A DNA stretch of 56,849 nt, counting the filler, from Catajapyx aquilonaris (taxonomy: Eukaryota), in NCBI GenBank assembly GCA_000934665.2. It is 3 parts of 3 records of this genome, joined end to end, with 100 filler letters (N's around TTAATTAATTAA, not from the genome) between each part and the next. Parts side by side here need not be neighbours in the genome. Positions count along the whole stretch, not along the records: positions 37,998 to 56,849 come from KZ539562.1; 2 more parts are not named here. One strand, 5' to 3'. Shown one piece after another: positions 49,181 through 56,849 of the stretch. The translations under genes were made by a program, and so were the position numbers. Within the stretch, counting starts at the first letter, position 1, and each line of letters opens with the position of its first letter. Below the pieces are notes generated by a model. The model did no database searches. It saw nothing but the letters and a program-made list of their open reading frames with translations, and was not told where the DNA came from.

Positions 49181-49584
49181 GGGTGGGTGGGAGTGTCCAG
49201 ACCTTATCTTCTATGGCCGTGATTCTAAGACACGCAGTAGAGCACGCGATGAAGTCATTAGTGATTGCAGGCGATAATATTACAGAGCCGACCAGTCGGG
49301 AGATATGGTTCGTGTGGTCTCTTTCACAAACAAACAATGGAAGGTGCTGGTAGCAGATGATTCAAAAAAGTCAGATGGAAAAAGTCAAATATCTTTTTGG
49401 GCAGAACGGCGACTTCATTGGTATGATATCGGCTATCTACTAGCAGGTCGAACCTCCGAGACGGACGATGATACGAAAAAGTAGGGAGAACGGAGTGTGG
49501 TTGAGGAAGTAGTAATGTATAGGGGAGGGCCAACGAGTCCGCCTCCCTGGAAAGAATTCGCTGCAGCACTTTATCTCTTCCCAG

Positions 49585-49825
49585 CAGTGGCGGATCCAGG
49601 AATTTTTCGGGGGGGGGGGGGGGCAAAGGTATAGGTTTGGGGGGGNTTTTTTTCTGTTCCAGGTCACAACCCTTCCTCGCGACCCCAAAATGGAAAAGAA
49701 CCCATGGAACAGTGCCATTTTGCACTGTTCTAGTCTAGACGGTTTTTGCGAGTTTCCCCCCCCCCCCCCGTTTTTTATTTCTTTATTTCCGTTTTCCCCC
49801 TTTGTGGGAGCTAAGGGGGGGCGGG
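49585..49825. mobile_element. Truncated copy of the poly-G hAT MITE
   Basis: cagtggcggatccagg start; body matches 24119-24436; lacks the right TIR. Confidence 0.75.
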
Positions 49826-49891
49826 ATGATGTATGACTCACACTACACTGTAATTCATGTTATTTCAGTGTAGTGTGAGTCATACATCATC
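49826..49891. repeat. 66-bp hairpin
   Basis: gatgatgtatgactcacactacactg ... cagtgtagtgtgagtcatacatcatc. Confidence 0.85.
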
Positions 49892-50170
49892 TCTTTAAAA
49901 TGTGACACCCCCTCTTCAGGAGAAGTGGTTTGTGCAGCACAAAGTGGAGAAAACCTATCATAATCCATTGGACATTGCAGGCGCAATCATATCAGCCATG
50001 TTGTGGCTTACAGGCACGTGTATACGAGTGTGGCATTGCCTTATGCTTGAACCTGGCGCCACAGAGGGCAGCAGTAGTGGGCTGGTAAGGGTGGCCATCA
50101 GGTGGTGATGGTTCAATTTTTCAACCCCGTATTACGACCAGCTATACGCGAGCCCTCCCATTCAATTTTT

Positions 50171-51447
50171 TCATTCCCCATAATAAACGCCTTGTCTGGA
50201 ACACTTGACGTCACTCTGACGTCACTCTGACGTAATGGCCCGTCCGCCAGTGCTGCCACCTACGCCACCTACCGGTCTTGGCGGAAAGCGCTTAGGAACT
50301 GTCGTGACTGTGACTGCTGCCATCTTCCGCCACCTTCCGCACTAAATAATTTTACCGCCCGCCCAACGAGATAGAATCAGGTAGAGGCCGTAAAGGTCAC
50401 GTGATCTTTGGCGTCCATGCCACTTCACGGATCCGACACTAATCACGGCACTAAGTCACGACTAAGTCACGGCACTAAGTCACGGGACTAAGTCACGGCA
50501 CTAATTCATCTGGCCGCCTTTCCCCCTTCCCGCCAAAAGTCCTAACTGCCACCTATTTCCTTTCCCGCCAATACAGGCCCCGGGTGAGTGCTGCCACCTT
50601 CTCATCACGGCACTAATTCATCTGGCCGCCTTTTCCCCTTCCCGCCAAAAGTCCTAACTGCCACCTATTTCCTTTCCCGCCAATACAGGCCCCGGGTGAG
50701 TGCTGCCACCTTCTCATCACGGCACTAAATCATCAGGCCGGGGGTAGGGGGCGGCGCGGCGGGTTGTGGGTTGGGTGGGGTGGGTCAGTGGCTCACTTCT
50801 CACTGCGCAGTGGAGAGTATGGTCGCTTTATTTCTGTCGGTGGTCAGTACCTTACGTCCTCACAACCTGCTCAATGCCTCATATCCTCACAACCCGCACA
50901 ATGGACGAGGAGGAGGATCCCATTGCTAGAAAGCGTCGGATGGCTAAGGCACGCAAGGCTAGATGGCTAGCAAAGCAAAGTCAGGAGTCCCTGGACAGAA
51001 TTCGTCAGGCAGACGCTGCAGCTCATCGCTTAGCACGCCAGCCTCCAACCCAATCCATTCCCGACGAAGCTATTCATTTTCTGGAGGCCCGAGTCACATG
51101 GCCAGCTGTATGTGGCACTGTCCCGGTCTCGCAACCCAAGTCAGGTCAAAGTATTCACTACTCCTACTGCTCAACAAGGAACATTGCTCTCCAACAACAG
51201 AGTCTTTACACAGAATGTTGTATATCGCGAGGTTTTATGAAAAAGACTTTTCTCATGTCCGACTCAAGAAGTATAGCCTACAGTATGTCCATTGATTCAA
51301 TGCCACTAAATTTTTCAACCCCGTCTTACGACCAGATATGATACGCTATTTCTTAGTTGTCACTCCGAGAGGCCTCTCATCCCATTTTTTCATTCCCATT
51401 GTCCTCATTGCAGGTTTTGCCAAATTTTGGCTACGGGTCCGCTATAG
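50171..51447 (+). mobile_element. Internally deleted Helitron, unit 1
   Basis: N-terminus MDEEEDPIARKRRMAKARKARW...; DEAIHFLEAR; frameshifted SHGQLYVALSRSRNPSQVKV (PIF1 helicase motif VI); 3' hairpin gccaaattttggc + CT(AT)AG; 13-bp tandem array and 112-bp duplication (50493-50716). Confidence 0.8.
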
Positions 51448-51500
51448 TTACCAATGTCTTCCTCATTGCAGGTTTTGCCAAATTTTGGCTGCGGGTGAGC

Positions 51501-51550
<50 letters not shown>

Positions 51551-51567
51551 AATAATAATAATTTTAT

Positions 51568-51604
<37 letters not shown>

Positions 51605-51706
51605 TAATAATAATAATAATAATAATAGCCTTGTCTGGAACGCCCCAGATGTTGCTGCCTGAAGAATTAGTGCCGTACTGACAAGGCGTTACCGCGGCGC
51701 CACTCC

Positions 51707-52040
51707 GGAGTGGCGCCGCGGTAACGCGCGCGCCCACGGAAGTTAAGGTCCCGGGTTCAATCCCCACCCGGGGTTCCCACCTTCCTTCGTGCAGAGTTGG
51801 GCCATCTCTGACTTCGTTTCGGGTGGCAATTTCCGATAGACTAAGCCACCCGGGGGAGTCCACAAAATGACCAATTAACGACAGCGCACATGCACTTTGC
51901 ACATCCCCTCCTACCAACCCTGGAGTAGGCCTACACTAATAATATTTCATCTTAACACGCTCCAAAAATACCAATGGTGGTAATCCACCACCCCCTAAAG
52001 ACCTAACAGGTCATTCACGGGGTAAATTTAAAAAAAAAAT
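51707..52040 (+). mobile_element. tRNA-derived SINE (family A)
   Basis: A box TGGCGCCGCGG; B box GGTTCAATCCC; tail cacggggtaaatttaaaaaaaaaa. Confidence 0.85.
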
Positions 52041-52539
52041 CTTCAGGCCGCCGTTTTCCCTTCCCGCCAAAAGTCCTAACCGCCACCTATTTCCTTTCCC
52101 GGCAATGCATGTCTGCCAACTGAATCAATCTGAGCCTAAGAATATTCAGAAAGCTGTCATATAGCCTACGCTGCTACTTTCAGCCCCACTTTCTAACTAT
52201 GCCGCCATCTTGGATCCGGATCTGGCATCTTTTATGATTTTCAGCGGATAGCTTAGCTTAGAGTAAACCATTGCGACTTATTTGGCGGCGTAGCATGAAC
52301 CTCCCGGAGCAAGCAAACAAGATATCAGCGGTGGGATCAGCAGGGGATTGGAGGTTGGCAAAGCCACAATAACGTCCGTTGGCCTCCGCCGCCACAAGAC
52401 GGACAGTACTGTAAATGTTGCGGATACGAAACCCACAATAATCGCCCAGCTCCGCTTCCTCTCCGCATTACCTAAAAATATCCTGCAGGGCGACAAACCC
52501 TGCCTGGCGGGGCCACAACAGATGACAGTGGAGATAATG

Positions 52540-52795
52540 GATACCCCGTGATAAGCCTCCTTCAGCTTTTTAGGGGATCATCTTTTAATTGACCGACTTT
52601 AATCATTGCCTTTGCTGTGATGGATTTTGCTTGTGAGAGGAAACGGGAGAACCCCCGAGAAAACCCACGCGAACACGGAGAGAACCCATCGAAACTATAT
52701 CCACATAAGCATATACTCTGTCCGATCCGGGGATCGAACTCGGGACCTTAGAGGTGAAAGGCTGCGGCGCTAACCACTCCGCCACCGTGTCGCCC
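52540..52795 (-). mobile_element. tRNA-derived SINE with V-domain core
   Basis: A box TGGCGGAGTGG; B box GAGTTCGATCC; core gttctctccgtgttcgcgtgggttttctcgggggttctcccgtttcctctcaca matches the V-SINE consensus as I recall it; tail cacggggta. Confidence 0.8.
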
Positions 52796-52969
52796 AATAA
52801 CAGATGACAGTATCATAAAGCCATACAGCATTATTACCTACACAAAGGGCAACTCCATCCCTCATGTTGCCCCGTCACTCAAATATGCCCGTATCAGCTA
52901 TTATCAGCTATTATTATTAGCCTTAATCATAGCCTGCTGGATCCGGATCCAAAAGTCGTATAGGGCCTA

Positions 52970-53632
52970 CAGTAAAACTTCTATAAGTCGAACTTCCCTA
53001 AGTCGAAGATCTCTATAAGTCGAAGAAAATGATGAACTTGATTGGTCACAATGTGAAATAATAGGAAATAAACTCCCCTAGCTTGAATTTCTACAACTGG
53101 AATTTCTCCATAACTCGAAGTGCAGGCACTGAAAAATTAATCCTGAAATGCTGAAAATGCATTGATATCCCATCGTAAGGCCCTTTACGATGGGATATCA
53201 ATGCCGCATTTTCAGTCTCCGTAAGTCGAAGTTCATGTTGGCGAGTACGGAAAATTTTCTCTTTTCCCAGCCGAAGGCTTGGCCGAAGGATACAGAGTAG
53301 GCCCCATGTACAGAAAGGCTCAATTTCCTGATCTCCGTCTACCAGATGTACCGAAAGAAGTGTTTGACTCGATTGTGACAATTGAATCCTTGAATCTAAG
53401 AGTAGGCAAATGTCCATAAAAGACATTTTTTCACAACAAAACAATGAGGAACATGGTAAGTGTGATAGTGACAGTTATTTTAAAGTTTTGAACACCTTTT
53501 GTCGCTGGATAAAGGTAAGCTTCCTTATAGAGTTATGTGCTCAATAAAAGCCAAACTTCTCTAACTCGAATCTTCTATAACTCGAAGTTTTTTCCCGGTC
53601 CCATGGAGATTCGACTTATAGAAGTTTTACTG
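52970..53632. mobile_element. Tigger/pogo-type MITE
   Basis: TA-cagtaaaacttctataagtcgaa ... ttcgacttatagaagttttactg-TA. Confidence 0.9.
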
Positions 53633-54539
53633 TATGATCATTCACATAATGTCATCCCAGCCTATGCCATGACGATCAACAATAATTCGCACGGCCAGAT
53701 CAGCACGTTATCATTTCCCTGGATGAACCTGTCTTCTCACAATCATGGCCAGCTGTATGTGGCACTGTCCCGGTCTCGCAACCCAAGTCAGGTCAAAGTG
53801 TTCCCTACTCCTACTGCTCAACACGGAACATATATTGCTCTCCAACAACAGAGTGTTTACACACAATGTTGTGTATCGCGAGGTTTTATGAAAACTTCTC
53901 TCACGTCTGATTCAGGACGTGTATCGATACAGTATGTCCATTGAGTCAATGCCACTCAATTTCTCAACCCCGTCTTACGACCAGCTATACTCTATTTCTT
54001 AGTTCACTCCGCGAGCCCTCTCATTCAATTTTTTCATTACCATTGTCTTCCTCATTGCAGGTTTTGCCAAATTTTGGCTACAGGTGCGCTAGTATATATA
54101 TATATATTAGTGTATATTAGTCATATTATTAAGCAGTGTGCAGTGTACTCTTCGCAAAGTAAGGTATGGCTGTCACAAAAAATGGAGGGTGATGGACACT
54201 GTCTGACTTCATATTCGAAATCAGCGCATATGAATACATTAGAACCAGCTAAAATTGTTCATGTGCCAAAATCATTGTTGACTAGTGTAATTAGGCAATC
54301 GAATAACTCGGGATATTCCAATGGCCTCTCAGGGAATCTTCTTGTTCGATAGCCGACTTTATTCATTGTACCACAATAATAATAAATTGTGGAAGGGACG
54401 GGAAACGGGATGTACTCTTCCTAGAAACCCATGCAAAAACTGACATAATAGAATGTATCTATAGGCTAAGTGAAAAATTATCTGCCCGATCCGGAGACCT
54501 AACTCTGGACCTCAAAAAAGAAATGGTTTCTGCCTAAAC

Positions 54540-54800
54540 CAGAGCTTTCCAATTTCTTTCGTTGGCGACCCCAGAAAATCGTCTCGTAAAATTCGCAACT
54601 CCTAATCTCCAATTCAACCCTTCCCCCTCAGCAGTAATCAATGACAATAGCTGCTAAATTAACACATCGATTGTCTTTTACAGACATATTTTTCCAGAGA
54701 GATAGAATCATTTTGTACAAATACTTTGTTGTCCACCTCGAGACCCCAAAATAATATTATGTTCGCGACCCAAAATGGGGCCACAGTTTGGGAAGGCCTG
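54540..54800. mobile_element. hAT/Charlie MITE
   Basis: cagagctttccaa ... ttgggaaggcctg; 8-bp TSD gcctaaac/ccctaaac. Confidence 0.75.
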
Positions 54801-55060
54801 CCCTAAACCATTACGCCACCATGCCCCTCTACATCTTTTGCATACTACTCCCACTGTTCCAGAAATGTGTTGGGGTTTGGAAAGTCCAGTAGAACCAGCC
54901 TACCGTGACGGATCTCGCATCTCGGGCTTCCATGCCGTCAGGATGGTCAGTGAGAATTCGAACGGTGTACCACATCAAGTTGTGAAACGTACATATAGTC
55001 GTCATACAAGCGAAACACACTAAGTCCAAAAAACCAGTTTCGAGGTAATCGAAGACGACC

Positions 55061-55199
55061 AAGGGGTTAACCACTTCGGTACTCCGGTGTATACGTACAC
55101 CTGCAGTGGTACTCCCAGGTACTCCTTAGGTACAGTACTCTTTGGCACTACTCCTTGGTACTCCTTAGAATTTGATACTCCAGTGTACACTTTACAGTT
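55061..55199. mobile_element. Truncated copy of the 14698-14826 MITE
   Basis: aaggggttaaccacttcggtactccggtgta ... ccagtgtacactttacagt. Confidence 0.7.
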
Positions 55200-55528
55200 C
55201 GCGTGCGCATACCAAGAACCAAGAATTAATATCCAAGAATCTAATATTGTGAGCCCCATCCGCCAAGAAATCTAAAGTTGCTGAGACCAGAGAGGGTTTT
55301 TACGTCCCAATGGCAACAATGCCTTTTAACAATGTCAGCAATCTTAAAAAAATTAAATGCTAGTGACATTTGTACCCTACCCTGGCTGCAATAATTTTAC
55401 GTTGACTTACGCCGCTTAACTTGATTATGAACAGTAGTCTAACAATAAGAAACCTGCCTGTGAATACCTTTCTACAGTATTTCATTTAAAAGAGATACCG
55501 TAAAATGGGGCTACTTTGGTCCAAGCAC

Positions 55529-55752
55529 GTACCCCCGCGAGCATAAAGATGGAGACGGCAGGCCCTTTTTTTACCTTCCATTATCCGACTCAAATTAATG
55601 AGCTCTTTTTGGACCGAGTTAGCTGCTTCAGGCGTAGGTTCGTGTATTTATGACATTATATTATTTTGATACAGTAATAGCTGAGATTGGCAGAGCAGCC
55701 TGCCGAAGGTGAGGGGCTGCCGTCTCCATCTTTATGCTCGCGGGGTGGTACC
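55529..55752. repeat. Foldback MITE
   Basis: ccccgcgagcataaagatggagacggcag ... ctgccgtctccatctttatgctcgcgggg. Confidence 0.75.
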
Positions 55753-56239
55753 AAGTAATTACTTTAAAAATGCATAAGATGGCAGGTAATGATACTAACT
55801 ACATTTAATAAGCACAGTCAGAATCACTTAGGGTTGGTGCATCTGTGGTAAAGGTGTCATACATCTAAGTTTGTAAACCTGCCAGCAGAGGGCTGTGCGC
55901 GTTGTCACTTTGGCGCGCGTTTTCAAGAAGTCCGTACTGATAAGACCGGTGCGGTGCAGCCACACGTGTAGGTGTCACCTTCATTTAGCATGCTAGTATT
56001 TGTAGTACATTTAGTTGCCGTTCCAGGCATAATTATGTAAGTCACGAAATAATTCTTATCAGGAATTGTGTGGGGGGAAAGAAATCAAAACAGTTGTAAG
56101 TGATGGGGTTACTTTGGTCCATAATATTCTTGGATCAAAGAAGCCCCAAGACTCCTTGCATCATACATTATGGTCATGATAAGTGGACTCTCAGGGTACA
56201 GTGAGTGGGTTGAAAAATTGTCTCCATGCCATTACCAAT

Positions 56240-56588
56240 AGGCTCATTCACACGAGCGACCCTTGGCCAGGAATTCCTGGCCAATACGGAAACGTGGCCA
56301 GCGGCTGGCCAGGAATCGAAAGTAACAGTTCACACGAGCGACGTTGTTGGGGGACAAGTGAGCATCGGGAGGCGCTTGGGAGTGCCGCTACTGCGCATGC
56401 GTTACTCCTGGCAACCATCACTGGCCATGGCTAGCCATCTTCCGGAGCATGGCCAGCTCAGCCACCTTTTCCTGGCTCGGGTTGCGACCTTCCCTTCCTG
56501 GCCGAACCTGGCCACTAGCGTGTGAACGGGCTTGGCGACCTTAGGCCAGGAAACTTCCTGGCCGAAGGTCGCTCGTGTGAATGCGCCT
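56240..56588. mobile_element. PIF/Harbinger MITE
   Basis: aggctcattcacacgagcgacc ... ggtcgctcgtgtgaatgcgcct; 3-bp TSD aat. Confidence 0.8.
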
Positions 56589-56849
56589 AATGTAGTATAC
56601 TGTACCAGTAGCAATAGTACTAATATATTTGGTTATTCACACGTAATATCATTTTAAAATGCCGCTTATTCAGGCAAATGAATCAGTTGTTTCGAAAAGG
56701 ACTTAGTCCAAAAAAAAAAAATCTTTTTTTTTTTAATTACCCCACGGGGGAAGTTAAGGTGTATTTACGCCCTCACGATATGAGCGTCGATCGCGCAACC
56801 GACGTTTCCGTCGGTCACACAAATCGCACCGGGCGTTTACGCCGTACAG

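Larger units (their letters stand above)
51600..54092 (+). mobile_element. Internally deleted Helitron, unit 2, interrupted by SINEs and MITEs
   Basis: Same 5' motif gccttgtctggaac; IPAYAMTIN...HGQLYVALSRSRNPSQVKV at about 53650-53810; 3' gccaaattttggc, then CTAG|T at 54089-54093. Confidence 0.8.

Noticed and set aside
50440..50505. 13-bp tandem repeat tcacggcactaag
   Set aside because: Simple minisatellite within a Helitron, no spacers

Overview
Eukaryotic, probably arthropod/invertebrate, genomic DNA from a draft assembly with four N-gaps; two of them hold an artificial TTAATTAATTAA linker. The window is mostly transposon-derived. One host gene is recognisable: the first two coding exons of CEP104 on the minus strand (22359-22320, 21818-21654). 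About 3 kb upstream, head-to-head, is a candidate spliced orphan gene on the plus strand (from 25446) encoding a small Arg/Lys-rich protein. The only long ORF belongs to a young Mag-like Ty3/gypsy LTR element (40772-43549) with identical 141-bp LTRs and an in-frame deletion of RNase H and most of integrase. The rest is nested MITEs (Tc1/mariner, pogo, hAT, piggyBac, PIF/Harbinger, Transib-like), two solo LTRs, tRNA-derived SINEs including a V-domain SINE, a Helentron-type element, tandem deleted Helitrons and Sola-like transposase remnants. There are many foldback hairpins, including a perfect 410-bp palindrome upstream of CEP104. I cannot demonstrate a new biological system from sequence alone. 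The best candidates are the orphan gene, the perfect palindrome, the deleted retroelement and the Transib-like ends that resemble V(D)J recombination signals. All protein-family calls come from recalled motifs, not database searches.
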